A stretch of DNA of 64,000 nt, taken from positions 74,061 through 138,060 of the forward strand of contig JACJZF010000010.1 in the NCBI GenBank assembly GCA_020635725.1, read 5' to 3'. This document shows, one piece after another, positions 54,389 through 63,162 of this stretch. Positions within the stretch are counted from its first letter, which is position 1, and every line of letters begins with the position of its first letter. The translations under genes and the position numbers were made by a program. This stretch comes from Flavobacteriales bacterium (lineage in GTDB: Bacteria; Bacteroidota; Bacteroidia; Flavobacteriales_F; PHOS-HE28). Below the pieces are notes generated by a model. The model had not been told where the DNA came from. It did no database searches and saw only the letters and a program-made list of their open reading frames with translations.

Positions 54389-55237
54389 ATGTTCGCACAG
54401 CCCTTCGGGGCGCTGCCCACTGCGGAGTATTTTCGCCGCCCGAATACCGGCTGGCAGGAACCTGCTCGAATCGCCGACGTATCAACGCCCCTCTTCCGCA
54501 ACCCCATGCGTGCCCCCGAAGATTGGCGCCCATCCCGGCTCATCCGTGATTCACGGACCGGCGAATTCAAGCTCAACAAGGCCAAGGTATACGGTGGGTC
54601 GCTCTACCTGTCAGAGCTCCAGCGCCGCGCGTATCTACCTCTTTTCCAAGAGCATCTGCGAGGCCGATTGCTCGATGTGGGCTGCGGGCCCGTTCCATAC
54701 CACGAGGCGTACAGCCCCTACATCGAATCGAGTGTCTGCGTGGATTACCCTGGTACATGGCACGGCCAGGGCAACCTGGATATTGTGGCCGACCTGAACG
54801 CCGAGCCCCGCCTGCCCCTGGATGATGCCTCCTTCGATTCGGTGCTGGCAAGCGACATGATCGTACATATGAAGCGGCCGGATCTGTTCCTCGGCGAGGT
54901 GGCCCGGGTGCTCAAACCGGGGGGCAAAGCGCTCATCACCAGCACCTTCGTGAATTGGATCGGTGAGTTTCCCTTGGAACATCAGCATCCTACCGGTCTG
55001 GGACTTCGAACCTTGGCCGAGGATGCCGGGCTCGAGGTGATCCACTTGGAATCATTCGGTGGCCATGCCGACGTGCTCATGGACACCCTGAACAAGTTCT
55101 TCCCCGAAGGGCTGATGAACAAGGCCTTTCTGGCCTTCGCCCGATTGGTGGAGCTGACCGGCTGGCCTGCACGCGACCGCGCCCGCACACGCGACCGTTA
55201 CGCCTTGGGCAACGCCATGGTGGCCCGCAAACCCTGA
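54389..55237 (+). CDS. class I SAM-dependent methyltransferase
   Basis: LLDVGCGPVPY (motif I) and LKPGGKALIT (post-I/II-like). ATG at 54389 avoids overlap with rpmB. Confidence 0.75.
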   Translation: MFAQPFGALPTAEYFRRPNTGWQEPARIADVSTPLFRNPMRAPEDWRPSRLIRDSRTGEFKLNKAKVYGGSLYLSELQRRAYLPLFQEHLRGRLLDVGCGPVPYHEAYSPYIESSVCVDYPGTWHGQGNLDIVADLNAEPRLPLDDASFDSVLASDMIVHMKRPDLFLGEVARVLKPGGKALITSTFVNWIGEFPLEHQHPTGLGLRTLAEDAGLEVIHLESFGGHADVLMDTLNKFFPEGLMNKAFLAFARLVELTGWPARDRARTRDRYALGNAMVARKP

Positions 55238-56545
55238 TCAGCCCATAGCGAGCAGCCGACGTCGCAGCAGGTCCAAGGCGGCGATGGCGCTACGCCGGAT
55301 CACCAGTTCCCGTGTCCCGGGCAGATAGACCTTGGTGGCGTGCACCCCGTCTGGACCGGCCACGGCGATCCACACGGTGCCAACCGGTTTCTCCGGCGTG
55401 CCGCCATCCGGACCGGCCACCCCGCTGAGCGCCACGCTCCAGGTGGTACGCAGCGCCGCGCGCACCCCGGAGGCCATGCGCTCCACCACGGGCTGGCTCA
55501 CCGCGCCATTCAGCTCCAGCATGTCGCTGGGGATGCCCAGTTCCTCCATCTTCACCGCGTTGGCATAGCTAACCACGCCGCCGATGTAGTAGGCGGAACT
55601 GCCGGGCACGCTGGTGATCAAATGGCTCAGGTAGCCGCCGGTGCAGCTCTCGGCGAGCGAGAGGCTCTCTTCGCGCTCGCGCAGCTTCCGGCCCACCACC
55701 TGCTCGAGCCGTTCCTCCCCTTCCCCGTAGATCAGCTCCGGTATCAAGGCGTACAGCTCACCGGCCTTGCGCTCCACACGGGCCATCGCCTCGGCCGGAT
55801 CATGATTCGCGTAGGCGCTCAGGCGAAGCTTCACCACCCCCGGACTCGGCAGGTAGGCGAGTCGGATGCCGACCTCCGCCAAACTGTCCTCCCAAACCGC
55901 GATGCGCTCGGCGAGATGGCTTTCCCCTAGCCCGGTGGTGAGCACCGTGCGATGGATGATCAGCGGCGGCGCGAACCGCTCGACCAGCATGGGCAGCACC
56001 TGCGAGCGCATCATACCCTTCATCTCATAGGGCACTCCCGGCATGCTCACGAACACCCGCCCGCCCTGGTCGAACCACATGCCGCTGGCCGTGCCTTTCG
56101 GATTGTCGATCACCGTGCACGTCTCGGGCAGGTCGGCTTGCGCGCGATTCACTTCCAAAGGATCGCGACCGATGCTCTGGAAGAAGTCCACGATGCGCTG
56201 CTCGATGCTCGGATGACGCACGAGCCGGGTGCCGAAGTGCTCGCAGAGCACCTGCTTGGTGATGTCGTCCTTGGTGGGACCGAGACCGCCGGTGATGAGC
56301 ACGGCATCGGCACGGGCCTCGGTGAGGGCCTTGGAGATGGAGGCCCGATCATCGCCGATGACGCGCACGGACACCGGACGAATGCCGGTCATGGAGAGCT
56401 GCTGACCGATCCAGCTCGCATTCGTGTTCACGGTCTGCCCGATGAGCAATTCATCTCCGATGGAGATGATCTCAGCGGTGATCTCTCTTGTCAGGCCTTC
56501 GGAAGGTCCCGTCCCTTGGGCCGTTGCGCGCGTGCCGTCATCCAT
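55238..56545 (-). CDS. cinA: competence/damage-inducible protein CinA (MoCF + nicotinamide-nucleotide amidohydrolase domains)
   Basis: AEIISIGDELLIGQTVNTNASWIGQQL, ITGGLGPTKDDITK, and a C-terminal PncC-like ESCTGG. The start is uncertain. ATG at 56545 gives an ATGGATGA overlap with the miaE stop. Confidence 0.8.
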   Translation of the reverse strand: MDDGTRATAQGTGPSEGLTREITAEIISIGDELLIGQTVNTNASWIGQQLSMTGIRPVSVRVIGDDRASISKALTEARADAVLITGGLGPTKDDITKQVLCEHFGTRLVRHPSIEQRIVDFFQSIGRDPLEVNRAQADLPETCTVIDNPKGTASGMWFDQGGRVFVSMPGVPYEMKGMMRSQVLPMLVERFAPPLIIHRTVLTTGLGESHLAERIAVWEDSLAEVGIRLAYLPSPGVVKLRLSAYANHDPAEAMARVERKAGELYALIPELIYGEGEERLEQVVGRKLREREESLSLAESCTGGYLSHLITSVPGSSAYYIGGVVSYANAVKMEELGIPSDMLELNGAVSQPVVERMASGVRAALRTTWSVALSGVAGPDGGTPEKPVGTVWIAVAGPDGVHATKVYLPGTRELVIRRSAIAALDLLRRRLLAMG

Positions 56546-57119
56546 GCATGGTGGGGGCTTTGCCATACCGCGAGACCAGCTCGGCCTCATATTCGAGGAA
56601 TTCCTTCCAACGCCTGTCCACATCAACACGGGCGCCGTAGCGACGCGCGAATCCGATGAACGTGGCGTAGTGCCCGGCTTCGCTGGCCATCAGTTCCTTG
56701 TAGAAATCGCGCAACTCACGGTCTGGGCATTCCTCGGTGAGCAGCTTGAAGCGCTCGCAGCTGCGGGCCTCGATCATGGCGCTGAAGAGCAATCGGTCCA
56801 CCAGCCGCTCTTCCTTGGTTCCCTCCTTTTTCACGAACCGCATGAGCTCGTTCACGTAATCGTCCTTGCGTTCAGGACCGAGCACCCAGCGCCGCGCGTG
56901 GATGTGGGCCACCACCTGGCCGAAATGGTCGAGCTCCTCCTGCGCGATGCGCGTGAGCTCGGCCACCAGCTCGCTCAGCTCCGGATGCCGCACGATCATG
57001 CTGATGGCGTTGCTGGCCGCCTTCTGCTCGCACCAGGCGTGGTCGGTGAGCAGCTCGGGCAGGTCCTGTCGGACCAGCTCCGCCCAGCGCGGATCCGTTG
57101 GCAACTGTAATCCCAGCAT
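56538..57119 (-). CDS. miaE: tRNA-(ms2io6A)-hydroxylase
   Basis: LPTDPRWAELVRQDLPELLTDHAWCEQKAASNAISMIVRHPE and EELDHF / SEAGHY di-iron motifs. Confidence 0.85.
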   Translation of the reverse strand: MLGLQLPTDPRWAELVRQDLPELLTDHAWCEQKAASNAISMIVRHPELSELVAELTRIAQEELDHFGQVVAHIHARRWVLGPERKDDYVNELMRFVKKEGTKEERLVDRLLFSAMIEARSCERFKLLTEECPDRELRDFYKELMASEAGHYATFIGFARRYGARVDVDRRWKEFLEYEAELVSRYGKAPTMHG

Positions 57120-57131
57120 GGCGGCGAAGTT

Positions 57132-57171
57132 CGCAAAAGCAGCGGCCCCCACCGTTTCCGATGGGGGCCGC
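57132..57171 (-). terminator. rho-independent terminator of the 1.9-kaa T9SS gene
   Basis: Minus strand GCGGCCCCCA-TCGGAAACGG-TGGGGGCCGC (10-bp stem) followed by TGCTTTTGCG, 20 nt after the stop codon. Confidence 0.65.
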
Positions 57172-58037
57172 GCCTCAGAAGAGTCTATGCCTTACGGCTG
57201 GATCACTAGTCGCTCGGCATGCACCGTGCTGCCAGCGGTGATGTTCACCAGGTACATGCCCGTGGCCAATTCACCGTTCAGTTCCAGCACCGTGTTCACG
57301 TAGCCTTCAGAGACGGAGCCGAAAGACTGCACCGCGATGGTGCGGGCGGCCACGCGCTTGCCGAAGCCGTCGTAGATATCGACGATCACGGTATTCACGC
57401 CTTCCTCAACCTGCGAGAGGTTGATGAAGAGCTGATCGCCGCGGTTGGGGTTCGGATACATGGTGAGCGCGCCGTTCAACGTGGATCCACCTTGCAACGC
57501 GATGCTCTGGCCGCCGCCGGTGAGGCAGTTGGTGGTGGTGATCATGCACACATCGCCCCAAGCGGGATCGTTGAGGCCCGCGCCGCCCGCAGCGCACCAC
57601 GTAGCGCCGTTGTCGAAGCTCGCGCGCACGTCCACCTCGTAGGTCTTGCTGCAATCCAGCCCGAGGGTGTTCACCCAGTACTGCCCGGTGGCGCTGGTCT
57701 TCACCAGCACGAAGCTCTCGGCGATGATGCGGAAGCGGAACTGATAGCGGTTGGCGTTGAGGTAAGTGCAGTTGCCTTGCATGCGGCGCACGGGGCGGGC
57801 ATGCACGTACGCGTTGTTGGCCACCGCGCGCATCTGTCCGCAGCTCAAGAACTGGTTGTACGGGATATCCATGAGCTTGGCGCGCGGGCATTGCGCGGCG
57901 GCATCATCCAGCATCAAGCGGCAGGCCGGCCCCCACGGCAGGAAGGTGCCATTCACGCGGCCGCGCACCTTCACGTTGTAGAGCACGCCTTGTGCGAGCT
58001 GGTTGCCGCTCCAGTTGTTGAGCTTGAAGTGGCAGGC
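57142..58037. repeat. segmental duplication, copy A (terminator + last ~280 codons of the giant gene)
   Basis: Colinear with 63134..64000. The encoded proteins are close to 90% identical by eye, with three short indels. The terminator hairpin is included. Confidence 0.9.
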
Positions 58038-61000
58038 GCGCGTGGCGCTCACCGGCATGCCATTGTTCATGCTGTGGCTCTGGAAGCGCTTGAAACTGTA
58101 GCCGCCGTTGGGATTGAACCACCACATCTGGTAGCCGCTGGTGGCATTGCTCACGCCATACTGGGCCGTAACGGCGTCGTTGTCGTTGGCCACTACGTAC
58201 TCGCCACCGCACGGACCGGTCTTCCAATCGAGCTTGTCGCAGCTGGTGAAGATCAGGCGGTCCTGTCCCAGGGGCAGGCAGAAGCCCTCGCCATTGGCCA
58301 CCTGGCTCACGCTGCCCGTGGTGAAGCCGCCGTTGCCATAGGCGTCGCGCAGGTTGTCGATCAGGCGGCCGCTGCTGTTCACGCGCAGCTGGTAACCACC
58401 ACCGGTGATGCCGTCGCCGCCGTCATCGGTCACAACGAGGTAGAAGCAGCCATCGGGCAGGCAGGTGGCCAGGCTATAGCCGGGGCTCGGCGGATAAATG
58501 CCCGCATCGCTCTGCACCAGCAGGTCGGTTCCTTGCTCGCGTAGCTCCCAGGTGATGTGGCTGTAGCCATCGGGCTGGAAGATGATGTCCAGATCGGTGG
58601 TGCATGTCACGCCCACGCAGGTGCAGGATCCATCGATCTGGCCCAGCACGAAGCCCGGACCGGCATCGCAGGCATCGCCGATCTGCCCAAAGAGCAGCGG
58701 GCAGCTGTCCACATCAGCGCACAGCCCATCGCCGTCCGCATCGTTCGCCGGGTCGTTGGGGCAGGCATCGATGCAATCCGCGATGGAGTCGCCATCGGAA
58801 TCGGTGTCGGGCGTTCCGCATCCGCAGGTGCCGGGATTCTGCTTGTTCGCGTCCGTGGGGCATTGATCCGTGTTGTTCGCCACATGGTTCGCGGGCACCA
58901 CGCAGGTGTAGCCATCGAGCGGCGCGGCCGGATCCCCGAAGCCGTCCCCATCCGCATCCGCGTAATAGACTGTGGGCACATCGGCGACGCCGCAACCGCA
59001 CACGCCCGGAGCCTGCTTATTCGGGTCGGCCGGACACAGGTCCGTGTTGTTCGCCACATGGTTCGCCGGGGCAACGCAGGCCAATTGGATCGATCCGGGA
59101 TCACCGAAGCCATCGCCATCGAGATCCGCATACCACGGCGTGGCGGCATCCTCAGTGACGGTGACCGTCGCGCTCGTATTCGAACACGGAGCCGTCCCCG
59201 TGATGGTGTAGGTGTAGATTCCTTGATCCATCGTCACCGGTTCGTACAGGCCGCCAATCACGGCGCTGGGTCCGCTCCAGGTTCCACCGGATTGTGGCGT
59301 GCCCCCCAACTGCGCGAGGAGGCTCACCGCCGACCCATTGCTGCAGATGCTCAAGGCACCGTTGCTGCCCGCTTGGGGAGCACCTACCACGGTGAAGGTG
59401 GCGGGCAGGCGCATGCTCTCGCAGACCGAGAAGCCACAGGTCGCATGGAATGTGGTTGATCCCGGGACGGCATTGCTCACGGCGCCCTGACCAACCGGAT
59501 CGAATACCGCGCCGGTGTGTACCACGCTACCGCCGAACGGGCTGCTGTACCAACGGACGCTGGCCGGCATGGTGTAATCGACTTCGATCAACGCGGTGCC
59601 GATCACCGCATCGGGATCGGTCCAGATATTATCGCTGGTCTGCCGCGTGCGCAGGTTGATGCTTCCTCCGGCTGCAGGGAAGCCAGGCAGGTTGATCACC
59701 GGGTCCGGTGAGACCGTTCCGGCGCCGGTGGCCGTGGTGAGTTGGGTCTGCGCGAGTGTGTACGCGCCGGAGAGCGCGACCCGGATATTCTGCCGCTGAC
59801 CGTCGCTGATGAATCCCGTATTGGCCACCACATTGAACAGCTTGAGACGTGCCGCCGTAACCACAGCACCGGCAGGAAGCGCGGGCACGTTGAGCGTGGC
59901 GCGCGTGGTGAGCGTTGTGCCCTCGCAGGCGAAGTTGCTTCCCGGGAAAGTCGAGCTGGCCATTTGCGGCACCGGCGCGCACGTGGCAGCGAGCCCCTGG
60001 CCGCTCGGCACCGTTCCGCCCTGGCAGATGGAGTATGTCGCGGTGCCGACTACCGGGTTGGTGGGCGTTGCTGGGCAGGTGGTGAGCTGCCACTCGAGCA
60101 CATACGTGCCAGCGCCAGCGGCGAAACCATCCTGGATCCAATAGACACGCTGCGTGGCCCCGGTGGTATTCGCCCAGGTCACCCAGCCCACTTCCAGATC
60201 CTCATCATCGATGCAAGCGATCACGGTTGCGCCCGGGCATGCACCGCCATAGCGCATGTAATGCTGCGAATCGTAGTTGTTGGTCTGTTGCCGCATCCGG
60301 AACTCCGCGCCGTTGGGGACGTCCATGTAGTAGATGGCGTCGGGAGCGGTGTTGGCCGTGGCCGTGCCGCACGCGAAGCTGAAATCACCCACACGGCCCA
60401 CCGTGCTGCCGGGCAACGGACTGCTCTGCGTGGCTAGGTTCAGCGCATTCAAGCAGTTCTCCGCGCTGGGGCAGCCCGGCGCGTTCGTGTAGTTCCCGAA
60501 GTTGCGGTCGCAGGCACCATCGGTCTCATGCAGCAGGCGCACGTTCACGTTATCCCCGATGGCGAAGGGCCCGATGGTCTGCACATCGAAATCGAGCAGC
60601 CCGGGCACCAAGGACGGGGGTCCTCCGTTCACGCTATAGCTCAGCGTGGTGGTTGGCGCGTCGCCGGTATAGAGCACCTCCACGTCGATGGTGAAATCGT
60701 AGGCCGCGCAATTGGTATTCACGATGATCGACGCATCGGGATCCACGCACCCCGGCGTGCATTCCGCCTCGAATTGCCAGGAAACCGATTGCCCTCCGTC
60801 CGCGCAGCTGTTGGAGCCATCGCTGTCGATCTCCATGAAGAGGTCCGGCCCCGTTGAGGCCCCGCTCACGCCGGCCAGGTTCCCGTAGGTCCCGGTGAGC
60901 GTGGCGATGGATGCGCCGGCATTGCTGGTTCCGCTATATGCGCGAATCACATCGCCCGGGGCCATGGTGCCCGCAATGAAGCTCAACGTAACGGTCTCGA

Positions 61001-62870
61001 ACGGGCTGCCGGCCACGAAGTGGAAGGTCCGCGTATCGTTGTTGCCGTAGCAATGCGACACGGGCACCGCGGTCCCGCAGGAGATGTTGATGGGGCAGTT
61101 GCTGTACACCGTTCCGCTCTTGCTGCCGCAGCCGGGCAGGTTGTGCGTGAGCGTGCAGACCACCACCGCCGAGCTCGGGAACGGTCCGATGGTCGTATTC
61201 CCCAGGGGCAGCCCATTCATGCTGAAGGGCGTGCCGTTCACGGTGTAGTTGAGGTTCGCGGTGGTGCCGCCGCCGAAGCTGGTGATGTTCACCTGCACGC
61301 TGAATTCGTTCGCCGCGCAATTGTCCAGCGGCGTGAAGCTGGCCTGCACAGGTTGGCAGAGGTTCACGCGCACGTAGCGGATGGCGCCAACATCCTGACC
61401 CACGGCATCGCATGCGCGCAACGTCCACGTGCCTGTCGGGTTCTGCCCATTGTGGAAGGCGGTGAACGTTTGTTCCGGTTGCCAGGTGCCCACGTTGGTG
61501 CTGCCGGTCGCCACACCGCTCAGTGAGGCGCCGCCCTCTTGAAACGTGAAGAGTCCGCCCGGACAGGCCGAGGCATCGCCGTACTGCGTGCCATTGCCCC
61601 CGTGCCCGGTGGTCACCAGGCCCACTTCGGTGTTATCCGGTGCGCGCAGGTAGAAGCGCAGGTCGCTGCCCCAGGTGTGGCTGGCGATCAGATCCACGCT
61701 GCGCACGAACACGTCTGAGCCGAGCGCCGTGCCGGTGCTGCTCACGCAGAACGGAACACTCGTGTAATTACCCGTGCCGCAGCCGTTGTCGGCGATCGGG
61801 TACGCGGCCGCCCCTTGGCAGGTACCGCCAGGGTTGGTCTGATTGAAGCTGCCGAGCGACAGGTTGCACTGGCTGTTGCCGTTGTGCACCACCGTCACCG
61901 TGCGCGCGGTGCCCAGCGCAATGGGCCCCACGATGTGCGTGCCGGTTCCCACATTGGCATGCACCACGGTGCCCGTAGGCGACTGCACCGTTACTGAAGG
62001 AGCGTCGCCCAGGCTGGTCACATTCACATGAATGCTGTACGTGTTGGTGGCGCAATCGACCACGGCGGTGGCCGTCGCGGCGGGCAGGGTGCAACTCACC
62101 GGCGTCCAGGTGTAGGTGAGCCCGCTCGTCCAGTTCTTGGCAGGACTTCCGCTCGTGAATCGCAAGACGCTGCCATTCCCTGTGCCGGCCAGGCTGGTCG
62201 CCCAGTTCTCGCTCCCGGTACCAACGAAACGGTTGTTCACGTTCGTGGCGAACACGTTGTTCGGTCCGCGCAGACCTACCTGAGGCTGAAGAGCGGTGCT
62301 GTTCGCGGGACCGCTGGCGAAGGCCCCATACACCACGCGTATCACTCCGGTGGTCGTATTCAATCGGACCTGGAACGCATAGGATTCGCCCAGGCCGATG
62401 AGGAATTGATAGCGTCGCACGCCCCGCCACTGCACCACCACTTCGCTCCCCACGGTTTGCCAGCGCACCTCACGCGTGCCGCTCGACGCATTCACCAGAT
62501 CGGTGGCGAAGGGCGCGATGCACCCCTGGTAAGCGGACCCGCTGCTGATGGGCGAGTATTCGTCGGGATCGGGCGCCGCTCCGAAGGTGATGAAGCCGTT
62601 TGACGACACATACATCTGGGTGTAGCTCGCCCCATTGAAAGGGAATGCCGGAATCGTTTGCGCGGCGGACACGTTATCATCGAAACTGTTGTTCCAGAGC
62701 ACCGTACCCCCGGTGATTCCTGAATAGCTGCCGGCCGACTGGCTGAAGGTGTACAGGCTAGCGACCTGGGCCTTGAGGCTCACACCAGCGATGAGCAAGG
62801 CGACCGAGACGCACATAAGCCTGCGCCATGGTGCCCTGACCACGGACCGAAGTGTGTTGCAATACGTCAT
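57192..62870 (-). CDS. giant T9SS-sorted multidomain protein (proprotein-convertase P-domain, Ig-like modules, thrombospondin-type-3-like Ca-binding repeats, conserved C-terminal module + sorting domain)
   Basis: About 1890 aa from MTYCNTL…signal peptide. P-domain-like IASHTWGSDLRFYLRAPDNTEVGL…NPTGTWTLRACDAVGQDVGAIRYVRVNL. DLDGDGFGDP / DADGDGFGDP / DSDGDSIADCIDACPNDPANDADGDGLCADVDSCP repeats. Tail MYPNPNRGDQLFINL…GMYLVNITAGSTVHAERLVIQP. An alternative ATG at 62951 is possible. Confidence 0.9.
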   Translation of the reverse strand: MTYCNTLRSVVRAPWRRLMCVSVALLIAGVSLKAQVASLYTFSQSAGSYSGITGGTVLWNNSFDDNVSAAQTIPAFPFNGASYTQMYVSSNGFITFGAAPDPDEYSPISSGSAYQGCIAPFATDLVNASSGTREVRWQTVGSEVVVQWRGVRRYQFLIGLGESYAFQVRLNTTTGVIRVVYGAFASGPANSTALQPQVGLRGPNNVFATNVNNRFVGTGSENWATSLAGTGNGSVLRFTSGSPAKNWTSGLTYTWTPVSCTLPAATATAVVDCATNTYSIHVNVTSLGDAPSVTVQSPTGTVVHANVGTGTHIVGPIALGTARTVTVVHNGNSQCNLSLGSFNQTNPGGTCQGAAAYPIADNGCGTGNYTSVPFCVSSTGTALGSDVFVRSVDLIASHTWGSDLRFYLRAPDNTEVGLVTTGHGGNGTQYGDASACPGGLFTFQEGGASLSGVATGSTNVGTWQPEQTFTAFHNGQNPTGTWTLRACDAVGQDVGAIRYVRVNLCQPVQASFTPLDNCAANEFSVQVNITSFGGGTTANLNYTVNGTPFSMNGLPLGNTTIGPFPSSAVVVCTLTHNLPGCGSKSGTVYSNCPINISCGTAVPVSHCYGNNDTRTFHFVAGSPFETVTLSFIAGTMAPGDVIRAYSGTSNAGASIATLTGTYGNLAGVSGASTGPDLFMEIDSDGSNSCADGGQSVSWQFEAECTPGCVDPDASIIVNTNCAAYDFTIDVEVLYTGDAPTTTLSYSVNGGPPSLVPGLLDFDVQTIGPFAIGDNVNVRLLHETDGACDRNFGNYTNAPGCPSAENCLNALNLATQSSPLPGSTVGRVGDFSFACGTATANTAPDAIYYMDVPNGAEFRMRQQTNNYDSQHYMRYGGACPGATVIACIDDEDLEVGWVTWANTTGATQRVYWIQDGFAAGAGTYVLEWQLTTCPATPTNPVVGTATYSICQGGTVPSGQGLAATCAPVPQMASSTFPGSNFACEGTTLTTRATLNVPALPAGAVVTAARLKLFNVVANTGFISDGQRQNIRVALSGAYTLAQTQLTTATGAGTVSPDPVINLPGFPAAGGSINLRTRQTSDNIWTDPDAVIGTALIEVDYTMPASVRWYSSPFGGSVVHTGAVFDPVGQGAVSNAVPGSTTFHATCGFSVCESMRLPATFTVVGAPQAGSNGALSICSNGSAVSLLAQLGGTPQSGGTWSGPSAVIGGLYEPVTMDQGIYTYTITGTAPCSNTSATVTVTEDAATPWYADLDGDGFGDPGSIQLACVAPANHVANNTDLCPADPNKQAPGVCGCGVADVPTVYYADADGDGFGDPAAPLDGYTCVVPANHVANNTDQCPTDANKQNPGTCGCGTPDTDSDGDSIADCIDACPNDPANDADGDGLCADVDSCPLLFGQIGDACDAGPGFVLGQIDGSCTCVGVTCTTDLDIIFQPDGYSHITWELREQGTDLLVQSDAGIYPPSPGYSLATCLPDGCFYLVVTDDGGDGITGGGYQLRVNSSGRLIDNLRDAYGNGGFTTGSVSQVANGEGFCLPLGQDRLIFTSCDKLDWKTGPCGGEYVVANDNDAVTAQYGVSNATSGYQMWWFNPNGGYSFKRFQSHSMNNGMPVSATRACHFKLNNWSGNQLAQGVLYNVKVRGRVNGTFLPWGPACRLMLDDAAAQCPRAKLMDIPYNQFLSCGQMRAVANNAYVHARPVRRMQGNCTYLNANRYQFRFRIIAESFVLVKTSATGQYWVNTLGLDCSKTYEVDVRASFDNGATWCAAGGAGLNDPAWGDVCMITTTNCLTGGGQSIALQGGSTLNGALTMYPNPNRGDQLFINLSQVEEGVNTVIVDIYDGFGKRVAARTIAVQSFGSVSEGYVNTVLELNGELATGMYLVNITAGSTVHAERLVIQP

Positions 62871-63124
62871 GTGAACGGGAGAGTTGGTGGCCGGCTTCCG
62901 AGGGCTCTGGGCTGTTCCTTCGTCGGCTTGCAGTCCGACGTTCATCGACAATAAAACCGTGCTGAGGCGATGTATTTTCGGTTTTATCGAGCGGAAAGTT
63001 CCGGTAGGCCCGTGCGAAAGTCAAGCCTCAAACACGCTAAACCGTGAAATTCTTTAGATAAAGCACTGAATTTGCCCGTCCAATTCCCTGGGCAACAAAT
63101 TCGCCATCGTGTATTCGACTGTCA

Positions 63125-63162
63125 TCAATGCAACGGCCCCCACCGTTTCCGATGGGGGCCGC
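63125..63162 (-). terminator. terminator hairpin, duplicated copy
   Basis: Minus strand CGGCCCCCA-TCGGAAACGG-TGGGGGCCG (9-bp stem), with a weaker T-tract (TTGCATTG) than copy A. Confidence 0.5.
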
